From NCBI GenBank assembly GCA_024137785.1, contig JAHRHZ010000016.1:36043543-36107542 (forward strand): DNA of 64,000 nucleotides. The letters are read 5' to 3'. Within the stretch, counting starts at the first letter, position 1. Each line of letters starts with the position of its first letter. Of the stretch, positions 25,426 through 37,905 are shown piece after piece. This DNA comes from Ginglymostoma cirratum. Taxonomy: Eukaryota. The notes below the pieces were generated by a model. The model worked only from the letters and a program-made list of their open reading frames with translations, did no database searches and had not been told where the DNA came from. The translations under genes were made by a program, and so were the position numbers.

Positions 25426-26974
25426 ATTAATGGGGTGGGGCAGGGGGGGGAGGTTACAGATTGTGGTTGAATCCAATTCTGGGCTGCTAAAGGCTCACAG
25501 TGCCTCATAGATGTCCAGTTTTGAGTTGTTAACCTATTTGAAATGTATTTTGTTTAGCACAGTCATATTGCCACACCACATAAAGAGGTGTCCTCAATGT
25601 GAAAATGGATCTTCATATCCCCAGTAGTTGTGTGGTGGCTACTCTTATCAATATTCTAATGAATGTAGCTGTGACAGTTTAGTGGGGGCAATGTCACATA
25701 TAATTAATCTATTAACGGTTCTCTCACTACCTGCGCAGGCCCATTTAGGCAGCTATTTATGTTAAGATTCAGCCTGCTCATCCAGTAGTGGCAGTACTGA
25801 GTACCTCCTTGTGATCAACATTGAAGACACTGACCAAGAGTAAATTCTGTACATTTACCACCCTCAGTGCTTCTTCCATTTGTTGTTTGTCATGCAGTGT
25901 TACCAATTCATCAGCTGGAGTTAGTGGTAGTTAGTTAATCAGCAAGAAATTTCTTTACCCAGGCTTGGTGCTATAAGGCCTCATGGGTTTCAAAGTCAAT
26001 GTTGAGATCTTCCTGGGAAACTCCCTCCCAACTGGATAATGGGGTCCATTCCACTGGTGAGTCAGAATATACCCAGGGTTGGTGATGCTGATGTTCACAG
26101 ACCTGTCTGTGAATATGACAATGTTGGTATGCTGCTTGACTGGTCTGTGAGTCCACTCTCCCAGTTTGGCACAGGTCCCCAGACATCAGTAAGGAGAATT
26201 TTTCAGGGTCACCCAATATTATTTATGGTGTCCAGGTTATCGCAGGGTGGTTCGTCAAGCAGAGAAAGTTAAGGGTTAATTTAGTAAAGGTGTTCACACT
26301 CATGATGTGTATTGATTTAGTAAATAAACAAAAAATTGTTTCAGTGGTAGATAGCTCAGTAACCAGGCAAGGGACAGATTTAAATCAACAAAGAGACCAG
26401 AAAGTAACAGATTTGTAGGCACAGAAAGCACTTGATCTATGACTCTGTTGTTGGACAAAGGATTGAAACACCAAAGCATAAATTCTGCTCCCCACGGTGA
26501 GTCCCAAGATATGTAGGGCTAAAAATCTCCACTAGCAATCTCGCTTTAATATTTTGGGATGGGCATCTCAGTGATTTGTACATTTTATGAATTAGACTTG
26601 AAAACACATGTTCGGTTAAGGTTTAGATTTTTAGATGGATGATGAGTATAATAGAAAGTGAACAGTGTGTCGTTTTAGGCTGGGGTTTAGAGCATTGAGA
26701 AAACTGAAAATTACGAACAGGCGCTGAACAGATTACAAATAGACTTTGGGGCACCTCTTTTAAGATGTCTTGAGTGGTTATTAAATCTCAGCTCCATGAA
26801 TGAGAGGTAGAGAGGGGATGCAGATCACTGCACTCCTCACAAGGTATGATAACTGCCTCACCAAAGCATTTTGGTCTGACTAGACCTTCTTTGTTTTCTC
26901 TTCATTGCTGTTTTGCTCAATGATTCTTGCAGCAATACATTGTACGTCACAGTAAAGCAACAATTACATTGGTA

Positions 26975-27075
26975 AGACAAAAGCAAAATATTAAGGATGC
27001 TGGAAATCTGAACCGAAAACAGGAAACTCTGGAAGTGCTCCAAAGGTTAGGCAGCATCTGTGGACAGAGAAAAAG
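26975..27075 (-). mobile_element. Diverged single arm of a family A-like Penelope 3' end
   Basis: ggatgctggaaatctgaa…ggcagcatctgtggacagag. Confidence 0.55.
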
Positions 27076-28194
27076 AATGACACTTTGATGTTCTTGTAAG
27101 GAGGCATGACCAATTACTCCAATTAATTACATTAATTCAGGACGGCATCAAAAAGAGGGTCCATTTGAAGTTGTTATTGTTCGTAATTCATTGTTATGAT
27201 AATATGGCTGAAAGGTTTCCCCACCCCTGAATTAGATTAGATAATATTTGATGTTTGATAACAGACCGAGGAACTCATTATTACATATTCAATTCTCATA
27301 CATTGCAGAAAAATAACTAAAAAGATAGGACACAGAATTAGATTATTTTTTAACCTCCTCCCAAAGCTGTCTGTTGCGTTTGTCCTTGACCCATGCACAG
27401 AGTCTGATTTAAATGCTGAGGAACACCTCAACTTTCAACGAATGTAACTGCTATTTCAGAGATCTGTGACAGAAGTGCAGTACTGACATCCTGACAAATT
27501 GTCCTTCCCACTGTATTAAACATAAGATTCACAAGTTTTGAAGTGCATTCCTCTACAGGCTCAGCACAAAATGGTTAAGCTATCCACATGAAGATCCATT
27601 GTCGACACAGCACAAATTGATCCGGGATCAACAAGAGGGCTAGAACGGCATTTGTGTCCCTGAGTGACCGAAATGGGAACTATATTAGCCAGAGTTCTCA
27701 CTGTAAATTATTATCCAGCAATTGAAGCTGGGTGTCAAATGAAGACAGAATTGATTCAGCCTGACTGTGATATTTCTTTACAGTTGAATAAGCTAATTGA
27801 CACATGAATAAGTACCACTTCAGAATGATACCAGAAGGTGCCCAGGAGATTCAATGGGCAAAAGCTGGTTTTCAGGCACTGAAGCTTCGATGAGCATCCA
27901 ATCAAAGAGATGCACTCTGCACATTGGAATCACAGAATGCAGACCAGTGGCAACCGCACTGCTGGTGGGCTGAAAGCTCGAAAGCTAGCATGTGTGGGCT
28001 GTGGTACAAGTTACAGCTGGCCTGCACTTCATAAAGGGGAAGTGCTTTCTGGTTGTAGAAGGTGGTGAAACAATCCCCAAAAAATGCTTCTGAGGAGAAA
28101 TAAAGATTTCAGAGGAGTAGCAGATCAGACAGACGGTTCATATTTTCTCCAATGGAGTGTTTGAAGTCTTAGTCCAGGAAGCAAACGTGAAGAC

Positions 28195-28255
28195 GGTTCT
28201 GAGAAAAGGTCACTCAACCCAAAACATTAACTCTGATTTCTATCCACAGATACTG
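28195..28255 (+). mobile_element. Family A single-arm fragment with decayed hammerhead
   Basis: gttctgagaaaaggtcactcaacccaaaacattaactctgatttc. Confidence 0.65.
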
Positions 28256-28897
28256 TTTTTGTGAGGCAGGTTGGTTTTCCGCAGGGGTAGAGGAGGTCAT
28301 CAAGCCAAACATCATATAAAGGGAATAGAAGCAAAAGCAACAGAGGTTCAGTTCAAGGAGTTTGACCACAAGAATCTGGTTACAGCGCCACAAAAACTTC
28401 AATGATCTCACAACCCTATCTCACAGCTTCTGCATATTTTCAATAATAAGGTTGTGTCAGGCACATTATGTACATCTTGCAACATACTCATTGATCATTG
28501 CCTCTTTCTTACAAGGAAAACATAGCAAATAATAAGGTGGAGACTGGTATGCCTGCTTCTGAATCCCTTGAGGGAGGCAGTGCTGTGAATTTTGGGATTG
28601 CAGTGTTTGAGGCTGATGCAAGTGGCATCACTGAGACTATCCACGGTGACTATGGTGCTGCCTATTCACCTTCTCAAATTCAACTAAATCCCCATCCTGC
28701 TAACTGGGATGAATTGCAAACCATGTGACCATGGACTTGTGCTTTCAAATTATTAAGATTGTTCAACAATATGCTGATTCATTTCAATTCTGGACATGTT
28801 ATAACCCCGAGTGAGGAGGGACAATTGGTTCACATTTTTAATTCAGCCGTTTCTCATTCGGTCTCAACAAGGTTGATTTCAAGAGGATTCTTTCCCA

Positions 28898-28987
28898 ATT
28901 CTGGGGAAGGGTCACTTGAACCAAAACAGTAACTCTGATTTCTCTCCACAGATGGTGCCAGACCTGCTGAGCCTTTCCACTAATTTG
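28898..28987 (+). mobile_element. Family A single arm with decayed hammerhead
   Basis: ttctggggaagggtcacttgaaccaaaacagtaactctgatttctctccacagatg…gacctgctgagc. Confidence 0.7.
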
Positions 28988-29643
28988 TTGCTGCTCATTT
29001 CCTCCATGTCTACCTTTCCTTAATCTAAATGTATTTATGTTTTAAAAGGAGCCAAATTAACCAGGTTTCCTCCAATTTAATTAAAGTAAGTAGGTAAATG
29101 AGAGAAGGTAATAAAATGTGACACACAGATTAGAAATATGAATTGAGTAAAAATCACAGTTGGTTAATAGGCTGTTGTCATGTTTCCTTCTTGATGGTGA
29201 CATAACTGGCTTGTCTGGCTTCCAGGCCTCAGACTAAGAATCTTCCTAGGGCGTCTAATAGCTGTCCCCAAGCTATGACCTTCATATAGCACTAGCAAGC
29301 ACTTCAGCCATTCATACCTTCAGGCCATGGGTAGAAGTTGCTTTTAACTCTGGTCTTTTTGTACATTACTGGTTGGGGCATAATCCGTAGGAAGTAATTT
29401 TCTGCTAAGTGTAGTCAACCCCTCATTAAATCTGTCTCCACAGCAGATCACAGACCAGTTTGTTTTAGCTTATCTGTTTTAAGTCCTTTTAACACCCTCA
29501 GATGTGACATTCCATTATTCCTCTGCAGACTTTGTTCCTCTTAAATAAAAACCAAAAAAACTGTGGATGCTGTAAATCAGGAACAAAAACAAAGTTACTG
29601 GAAAAGCTCAGCAGGCCTGGCAGCATCTGTGGAGTAGAAAACA

Positions 29644-29683
29644 GAGTTAACGTTTCGGGTCCGGTGACCCTTCCTCAGAACTC
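29644..29683 (-). ncRNA. Minimal type I hammerhead ribozyme, intact core
   Basis: Minus strand gaguu-CUGAGGA-A-GGGUC-ACCG-GACCC-GAAAC-GUU-aacuc: 5 bp stem I, 5 bp stem II, palindromic ACGU in place of stem III. Confidence 0.8.
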
Positions 29684-29688
29684 AGGAA

Positions 29689-29728
29689 GGGTTCTGAGGA
29701 AGGGTCACTGGACCTGAAACGTTAACTC
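29689..29728 (+). ncRNA. Minimal type I hammerhead ribozyme, intact core
   Basis: ggguu-CUGAGGA-A-GGGUC-ACUG-GACCU-GAAAC-GUU-aacuc; predicted cleavage after 29723. Confidence 0.75.
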
Positions 29729-30207
29729 TGTTTTCTCCTCCACAGATGCTGCCAGCCTGCTGAGCTTTTCCAGCAACTTTGTTTTAGTTCCTCTTAGACA
29801 GTCACTGAATTTACATCCTTTTAAAGTCTGCTCACTGTTCTGCACTTAAGTTGGACTTCAAGTTTGCAAGTATTTCTACATTAGTTAGCTCACCAATGGC
29901 TTTACTTCATCAGGTTGACGTGACACAGCCTTTGCTTTGGACTGTGGTCTTGGGTCTCGGTTAGATAGTTTACTCCCTGAAATCCTTTGTTGCTCTGTGC
30001 AGGCCACTAAACCAGGCTTTTAAATGTTTGACTGGTATTGGTAGGTGAATTAACCCATGGTCTCTTGGCTGAGAGGTTTCAATCATGACACGTTCACCTG
30101 ATTTTTCATAGCTGCCTTGGAAATTTTCAAGTGCTCTCAAGCTATTTCACAGACTCTCATGAATTGCTCCCAGGATGCTTGTTAGTCTAACATAGAGACT
30201 TTGTAGA

Positions 30208-30294
30208 CAACAGTGTGGAGCTGGAAGAACACAGCAGGCCAGGCTGCATCAGAAGAGAAGGAAAGTTGATGTTTCAGGTCGGGACCCTTCTTCA
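30208..30294 (-). mobile_element. Family C single arm
   Basis: cagtgtggagctggaagaacacagcaggcc…gatgtttcaggtcgggacccttcttca; matches 35975-36062. Confidence 0.75.
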
Positions 30295-31667
30295 ATGGGC
30301 TCTTGAGCTAAGTCCCTGGTGGTAAGAAGAAGAAAATCTAGTTCTTTATCCCAGTCATACTTGGCAGTATGCCCTGATCATTATTGTTAGGGTCTAGTGG
30401 TACCATTAGAATGCACCCTGTGACTGCAGATGATACAAGGAAGACTTCAGTTGGGTCACACCCAGATTATCCTTGACATCATGGACTATTGTGGAGATGA
30501 AATCTGAGCTCTGATCCAACTGGATCTTGATGATCAGATCATACCTGGTGAAGAATTGAGTCAATCCTCTCACCACTGTTTTGGCAGATATGGTTCTCAG
30601 GGAAACAGATTCTGGGAAATGGTTAGCCATGTCAACAATGACAAAGATATACTGGTAGCCCCCTTTTGTTTTGGGCAGGTGTCCCACACAGTTCACTGTT
30701 ATCTTGCTAAACAGTCCCCAAAAGCTGGCGTGGGAAATACAGATTCAGGTCTTATTGCAGGTTGATATTTCTCACAACCAGGTCGGTGTGGCAGCTTCTA
30801 TAAGAACCTCCTACATTCTTGTGGAGCTGTGGCCAATAAAGATGCTGACTGATCCAAGCTTGAGTTTTGCACAAACTGACATACCCAACCATTGGGACTT
30901 TTGGGCTAGTCCAAATAATTCTCTTTTTTAGTTTCAAAAACATACATTATTCATAAAAATCTAAACAGATATTCTCACCACGGGTACCTGGTGGATCACT
31001 GTACTCTCCTTGTTTGCAGGTCTCTGAGATGGTCACCTCATCTACACCTCATTTTTAATGGGATAGCAATCAGCGACTGCTTTCAGTCTGAGCATCTTCT
31101 GAGCCAGTGGTTTTTAATGGTGGGTCAACTTGTCAGGCTGGAAGGTGTATATATTACCTCCTTAGGAGTCTTCTAAGTTCCTGAGAAAGGTTTCAGATAC
31201 CCAGATACCAATGGTCTTCTGATTCCAATTTCCAATGATGGAGCTTGACTGGTTGTAGATTATATAACCACGTGGTTAGGGAAAATATACTTTCCCCTGG
31301 AGCTGTTCACTCTCCCCAACCAAAGTGGATCGCTCACAGACCATGGGGGATGCTACATTGCCAAAGAACAGGTTGATCCTGTCTGCAGGCGAGCTGTGGG
31401 TGACTCCCATGGTCACTGGTTCTGACAGAAGGTCACTTTTCAGATGTACCCAGTGAAGGGGAATGGACCTTTATTTCCTTTTACCAGCAGCTTGGCACCT
31501 TCTGCACTCTCTACTGGATAGGTAATGCCTTTTCCAGGAAAGATTGGCTGGGTCTGGTATCCCTCAGTATCACGGGAGGTTTGCTGACCTCATTCTGGGT
31601 AAATGTGGCCCCTCTTCTGTCAGACACAAATTCCTGTTTCTCTCAGGGATTTGTTTGATCTAATACG

Positions 31668-33180
31668 ACCATAAGACTTCAAGACATAGGAGCAGAAATT
31701 AGGCCATTCAGCTAATTGAGTCTGCTCTGCCATTCAATCATGGCTGATAAGTTTCTCAACCCCATTCTCCCGCTTTATCCCTATAACTCTTGATCCCCTT
31801 GACAATCAAGAACCTATCTAGCTCCGTCTTAAATATACTCAATGACATGGCCTCCACAGCCTTCTGTGGCAGTGAGATTCACCACTGTCTGGCTGAAGAA
31901 GTGTCTTCTTATCTCTGTTCTAAAAGGTCTTCCCTTTACTCTAAGGCTGTGCCCTCGGCTCCTAGTGTCTCCTACCAATACAAACATCTTCCGAACATCT
32001 ACTCTCTTCAGGTCATTCAGTATTCTGTAAGTTTCAATTAGATCCCCACTCATCCTTCAAAACTCCATCGAGTATAGACCCAGAGTCCTTAAACATTCCT
32101 CATATGTTCCTTATGTGTCCTTAAACGTTCCTCATAAGCTTTTCATTCCTGGGACCATTTTTGTGAATCTCTTCCTAACCCGCTCCAGGGCCAGTACATC
32201 TTTCCTGAGATATGGGGCACAAAACTGCACACAATATTCCAAATGTGGCCTGATCAGAGCCTTATAGAGCAATGGAAGTACATCCCTGCTTTTATATTCA
32301 AGTCCTCTCAAAATGCCAAAATTGCATTTGCCTCCCTAACTACCTACTCAACCTGCAAGTTTACCTTGAGAGAATCCTGAACTAGAACTCCCAAGTCTCT
32401 TTGCACTTCAGACTTCTGAATTTTCTCCCCATTTAGAAAATAGTCCATGCTTTTATTCTTCTTACCAAAGTGCATGACCTCATACTTTCCCACGTTGTAC
32501 TCCATCTGCCACTTCTTTGCTCACTTTCCTAACCTGTCCAAATCCTTCTGCAGCCTCCCTGTCTCCTCAATACTACCTGCCCCTCTACCTATCTTTGCAT
32601 TGTCTGCAAACTTAGCCAGAATGCCCACAGTTCCTTCATCTAGATCATTAATGTACAAAGTGAAAAGTTCTTGTCCCAACACTGACCCTTGTGGGACACC
32701 ACTTGTCACCGGCTGCCATCCTGAGAAAGACCCTTTTATCCATACTCTCTGCTTTCTGCCAGACAGCCAATCTTCTATCCATATTAGTACCTTGCCTCTA
32801 ACATCATGGGTCCTTTATTTTATTCAGCAGCCTCTTGTGTGGCACCTTGTCAAAGGCCCTTTTGAAGTCCAGGTAGATAATATCCATTGGCTCTCCTTGG
32901 TCTAACCTGCTCATTATTTCCTCAAAGAATTCTAATAGATTTGTCAGGCATGACCTCCCCTTGATGAAGCCATGCTGAATTTGCCCTATTTTAACATGCA
33001 CTTCCAAGTATTCAGAAATCTCATCCTTCACAATGGACTCTGAAATCTTACCCATGAGCAAGGTTAGGCTAATTGGCCTGTAATTTTCAGTCTTTTGCCT
33101 ACTCCCTTTTTAAACAGTGGTGTCACATTCGCAATATTCCAGTCCTCTGGGGCCCTCCCTGACTTGAGCGATTCTTGAAA
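31668..33180 (-). mobile_element. 5'-truncated CR1 LINE
   Basis: QHGFIKGRSCLTNLLEFFEE, YLDFKRAFDKVPH, GVPQGSVLG, KFADNAK; ccataagac tail; closely related to 37906-39400. Confidence 0.92.
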
Positions 33181-34090
33181 GTAATACACAATCTCAGGAG
33201 TGCCTTTACGGGATTTGCAGCTGTAGTCAGAGCCATAGCCTGGCTTGCTATATTGTCTGAATTACCCTCATTTTCAACATGGAGTGTATGGGCTGCAATA
33301 AATCTCACTGGTTTTCACAGTAGTTTCATCTCACTGGGTTTTACAGTAGTTTCCAGTTGGCACAGACACATTCCACCATTTGGCAGCTACATCAGACACG
33401 CTTCTTGATCTCACTTTTCATCTCAGCACCACTCTTTCTATCCTAATGAGGGCTCCCAGAATTTCCTTCTCTCATGGGTGTTAGTTTTTATGTTTGCCTC
33501 TCTAGCTGAATCTTTTCCAATGTGAGAGCCTGCCTTGCCCCTGTCACTCTGTATTCCTCCAGATGTGTTCTTATGGTGAAGGGGATGGAGTTTTTGAACT
33601 CCTTCAGAATATTACTTCACAAAGTTCTGCCGGTTGGCTTCTGTTTTAAATGCCAGTACCCATTTGTCAAAAGCAGGCTATTCAAGCCTGTTGAGTTCCA
33701 GACATCTCTGCTCAGGCCATTTCCTGGGGGCATGTGTCTCACGCTAACTGGTATGTGCTTAATATAGTTATTTTTGCAGCCTCGTAGTAAACAGCACTGT
33801 CCTCTGGCAAGATATAACAAACTTTGTGAGCTTTCCCTGAAAATTTACTCTGAAGTGGTAAGGCCCAATGCTGGACTGGAACCTAACTCTCATAGATACT
33901 AGGAGCAGAGGAAGGCCATTTGACTCTTCAAACTTGCTCCTCTGTTCAATATGATCGTGGCTGATCATTCATCACAACACCATATTCTTGGTGAGAGATA
34001 AAAGGTACTGCAGATGCTGGAGAATCCGAGATAACAAGCATGGGGCTGGATGAACACAGCAGGTCAAGCAGCATCATAGGAGCAGGAAAA

Positions 34091-34124
34091 CTTGACGTTT
34101 CGGTCCTAAACCCTTCATCAGAAA
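34091..34124 (-). ncRNA. Minimal hammerhead ribozyme (one stem II mismatch)
   Basis: uuu-CUGAUGA-A-GGGUUUAGGACC-GAAAC-GUC-aag. Confidence 0.7.
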
Positions 34125-34138
34125 ATGAATCACAAAAT

Positions 34139-34172
34139 TTTCTGATGAAGGGTTTAGGCCCGAAACGTCAAG
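34139..34172 (+). ncRNA. Minimal type I hammerhead ribozyme, intact core
   Basis: uuu-CUGAUGA-A-GGGU-UUAG-GCCC-GAAAC-GUC-aag; predicted cleavage after C34169. Confidence 0.82.
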
Positions 34173-35216
34173 TTTTCCTGCTCCTATGATGCTGCTTGAC
34201 CTGCTGTGTTCATCCAGCCCCATGCTTGTTATCACCATATTCTTGGTTTCTCTCCATATCCCTCGATGCCATTAAAACCTAAAAATGTATCTCTTTCTTG
34301 AATATATTCAGTGACTTGGCCTTCTATGGTAGCAAACTCAACAGGTTCAGCACCTCTAAGTGAAGAAATTTTTCTTCACTTCAGTCCTAAATGGTCTATC
34401 CCATATCCTGAGACTGTGACCCTGGTTCTAGACTTGCCCAACGGGGCAACATCCTTCCTGCATCTAGTCTGTTTAGCCCTGTTAGAATGTTACATGTTTC
34501 AATCGATCCCCTCTCATTCTTCTAAATTCAAATGAAATCAGGCTCAGCTGAACCAATCCCTCCACATAAACGGTCCTGCCATTCCCACTGTTAGTCGAGT
34601 GAACCTCTGCTGCATTCCCTCTCCAATAAGCATATCCTCTTTCAGGTAGAGGGATCAAAATTACACACATTATTCCAGGTACAGTCTCACTGAGTCTCTG
34701 TATAACTGCTGTAAGACATCCCCACTTCTAAACTCTAAATCCTCTTGCAATAGAGTATAACATATCAGTTGTTTTCCTAATTGATTGATACGCCTGCCTG
34801 TTTACTTTCATCGACTAGTGTACATGGAAACCCAGATCCCTTTTTACATCACATTTCCCAACATATCACCATTTAAATAAAACTCTGCATTTTGATTTTT
34901 CACACCGAAGTGTACAACTTCATGTTAACTACGTTATACAGCATCTGCCATGTATTGGCCACACACTCACCATGCACTTTTTTTTGCTTGCTCATGGTTG
35001 CGTGCCCTCTATTTGCCATTTCTGTGCATTTTTGGCAGTGCTGTCTCCATTGTAGCTAATAGAAAAACTTTGCACAGAATGTGCGTTGTATGCACAAATA
35101 AGAACATGACAATAGGAATGGAGTAGACCAAAACTGTCTTCCAAGCCTCCTCCATCATTCAATTTGGCCACAGTTAATCATCAGCCTTAATTCCACTTAC
35201 CCATTCATTTCCCTTA

Positions 35217-37905
35217 TTCATAGAGTAATACAGCAAGGAAACAGGCCCTTCAGCCCAAACTGGTCCATGCTGACCTTGTGCCCACTCAGCTAGTTCCAAT
35301 TGCCTGCATTTGGTCCATATCCTCCTAAACACTTCCCATCCGTATCCCTATCCAAACGTTTTTAAAATGTTGCTATTGTACCTGCCTCAACCGCTTTCTC
35401 CGGCAGCCCATTCCATATACGCACCAATCTCTGTGTGAAGAAGTTGCCCCTCAGGTCCTTCTTAAAACTTTCCCCTCTCACCTTAAACCTATGCCCTCTT
35501 GTTTTCAATTCCCCATCCCTGGGAAATATGCATTCATCCTATCTATGCCCCTCATGAATTTATACATGCTACTAAAGTCACCCATCATTCTCCTAAGTTC
35601 CAAGCAATAAAGTCCTATCCTGGCCAACTTCTCCCTATAACTCAGGCCTACTAGTCCTGGCAACATCCTCATAAATCTTCTTCACACTTTCCAGTTTAAC
35701 TATGTCTTTCCTATAACAGGGTGACCAAAACTGTACACAATACTCCAAGTACGGTCTCATCAACAACGTATACAACTGGAACATAATGTCCCAACTTCTG
35801 TACTGAATGCCTCGACAAATGAAGGCCAGTATGCTAAATGCCTTCTTCACCAACCTGCCCACCTGTGATGCTACTCTCAACGAACTATGTACTTGTACTC
35901 CTAGGTCCCTCTGTTCCACAATGCTCTTCAGGACCTTCTCAGAGATAGTAAGAACTGTAGACGCTGGAGTCAGAGATAACACAGTGTGGAGCTGGAGGAA
36001 TACAGCAGGTCAGACAGCATCAGAGCAGCAGGAAAGCTGACGTTTCGAGTTGGGACCCTTCTGAAGACCCGAAATGTCAGCTTTCCTGTTCCTCAGATGC
36101 TGCCTGACCTGCTGTGTTCCTCCAGCTCCACACTGTGTTAACTCTTCAGGACGTTACCATTCACAGTGTAAGTCCTACCTTGGTTTGACTTTCCAAAGTG
36201 CAACACCTCACACTTATCTGTATTGAAATGCATTTGCCAATTCTCAGCCCACTTCCCCATCTAATTAAGAGCTCTCTGTAATTTTTGATAACATTCCTCG
36301 CTATCAATGACATCTCTTAATTTTGTATCATCTGCAAATTTACTAATCATGCCTTGTACATTCACATCCAGATCATTTATGTAAATAACAAGTAATAAAG
36401 GTCCTAGCACTGACCCCTGTGGTACATCACTGGTCACAGGCCTCCAGTGTGAGAAACAATCATCAACCATCACCCTCTGTTTCCTACCATCGAGGTAATT
36501 TTGAATATAATTAGCTAGCTCTCCCTTGATCCTATGCAACCTCACCTTCAAGACTAGCCTGCAATGCGGGACCTTGTCAAAGGCCTTACTAAAGTCCATA
36601 TTGATAACATCCACTGCCCTACCCTCATCTATCCCTTTAGTTACCTCTTCAAAAAACTCCAAAAGTTTTGTCAGACATGTTCCCGCACACAAATCCGTGC
36701 TGACTATCTCTAATCAGACCTTGACTATCCAAATGTTGGTTGATCCTGTCCCTCAGTATTCTCTCCAATATCTTGCCTTTCACTGATGTCAGGCTCACTG
36801 GCCTGTAGCTTCCTGGCTTGTCTTTGCTACCTTTCATAAACAACGGAACAACATTAGCCACCCTCCAGTCTTCTGGAACTTCACCAGTGGCATAAAATGA
36901 AGCAAAAATCTCTGCAAGGCCCTCTGAAATTTCTTCCCTAGCCTCCCAAAATGTCTGAGGATGGTCTTGATCAGGCCCAGGGGATTTATCCACCTTAATG
37001 CACTTTAAGGCTACAAACACCTCCTCTCTGACAATATGTATGCGGTTCAAAACATTCCCACTTGTTTCCCTTATTTCCTTAGCATCCATTATTCTCTCCT
37101 CCAGTAAACACTGAGGAGAAATATTCATTAAAAATCTCCCCCATCTCCTATGGCTCCACAAATAGATGGCCACGCTGACCTTTAAGGGGACCTATTCTCT
37201 CCCTAGCCACCCTCTCACTCTTAATATAGCTATAGAACCTTTTGGAATTATCTTTAATCTTATCTGCCAAATCCATCTCATTTCGTCCTTTTGGCTTCTC
37301 ATTTCCCTCCTAAGAGTGCGCCTGTACTTTTATTAGTCATCCAGGGACTCACTTAAACCCAATAGCTTAAACGCAATGTATGCCTTCTTGTTTTTCCTGA
37401 CCAGAGCCTCAAAATCTGTCGTCAGCCAAGGATCCCTAAACGTGCCAGCTTTACCCTTCACCCTAACAGGGACATACTTTCCTTGGACTCTTGATAACAC
37501 ACTTTTAAAAGCCTCCCATTTGCCAGTCATTCCTTTTCCTTCAAATGCACTCACGCAATCGACCGCTGCTAGATCCTGTCTAATGGTCCCAAATTAGCCT
37601 TGCTCCTGTTCAGGACCTTAACATGTGGACGTGTTCTATCTTTTTCCCTAACTATGTTAAAACTAAGAAAGCTGTGGTCATTGGACCCAAAATGCTCTCT
37701 GACTGATACTTCAGTCACTTGTCCAACCTCATTTCCTAAGAGGAGGTCCAGTGTTGCACCCTCCCAAGTACAGCCCTCTACATACTGATTTAGGAAACTT
37801 GTTTGAACACATGTGAGAAATTCCACCCCGTCCAAGCCTTTTACACGCTGGGTGGCCCAGTCAATACACAGGAAATTAAAATCTCCAACAAATATTACTC
37901 TGTTA
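35217..37905 (-). mobile_element. CR1 LINE 1, 3' part (ORF2)
   Basis: VDKSPGPD, YRPVSLTS, DFSKAFDKVPH, VPQGSVLGP, KFADDTKL, LEYCVQFWSP. Confidence 0.92.
35938..36141 (-). mobile_element. Fold-back element, family C, centre partly deleted
   Basis: Inverted arms around 36060; TSD ctcttcaggacctt (35924-35937) / ctcttcaggacgtt (36142-36155); interrupts CR1 ORF2. Confidence 0.9.

Larger units (their letters stand above)
23190..26250 (-). mobile_element. Degraded L2 LINE with nested insertions
   Basis: GVPQGSVLSPTIFSCFVNDLP…MFVDD (ORF 23729-24013); EN remnants toward 25600-25900. Confidence 0.8.
29544..29786 (-). mobile_element. Penelope-derived fold-back element, family A (young)
   Basis: Near-perfect arms of about 95 bp; TSD gttcctctta (29534-29543 / 29787-29796). 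Confidence 0.92.
29000..33880 (-). mobile_element. Degraded Gmr1-like Gypsy LTR retrotransposon (gag-protease-integrase), interrupted by CR1 and fold-back elements
   Basis: KEFKNSIPFTIRTHLEE gag at about 33550-33610; LRDT… and PLHWVHLKSDLLSEPVTMGV protease at about 31350-31575; integrase zinc-finger (ORF 30752-30943) and rve core (ORF 30406-30696); left boundary uncertain. Confidence 0.75.
33993..34232 (-). mobile_element. Penelope-type fold-back element, family B (very young)
   Basis: 97 bp arms 34030-34126 / 34137-34233 with one mismatch, 10 nt loop; perfect 15 bp TSD caccatattcttggt (33978-33992 / 34233-34247). Confidence 0.95.
33890..34965 (-). mobile_element. CR1 3' fragment hosting a fold-back element
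   Basis: taggagcagaggaaggccatt tail; FEFRRMRGD motif. Confidence 0.75.

Noticed and set aside
27560-27830. Possible ancient SINE (also 46280-46460, minus)
   Set aside because: Too diverged to assign or delimit by eye.
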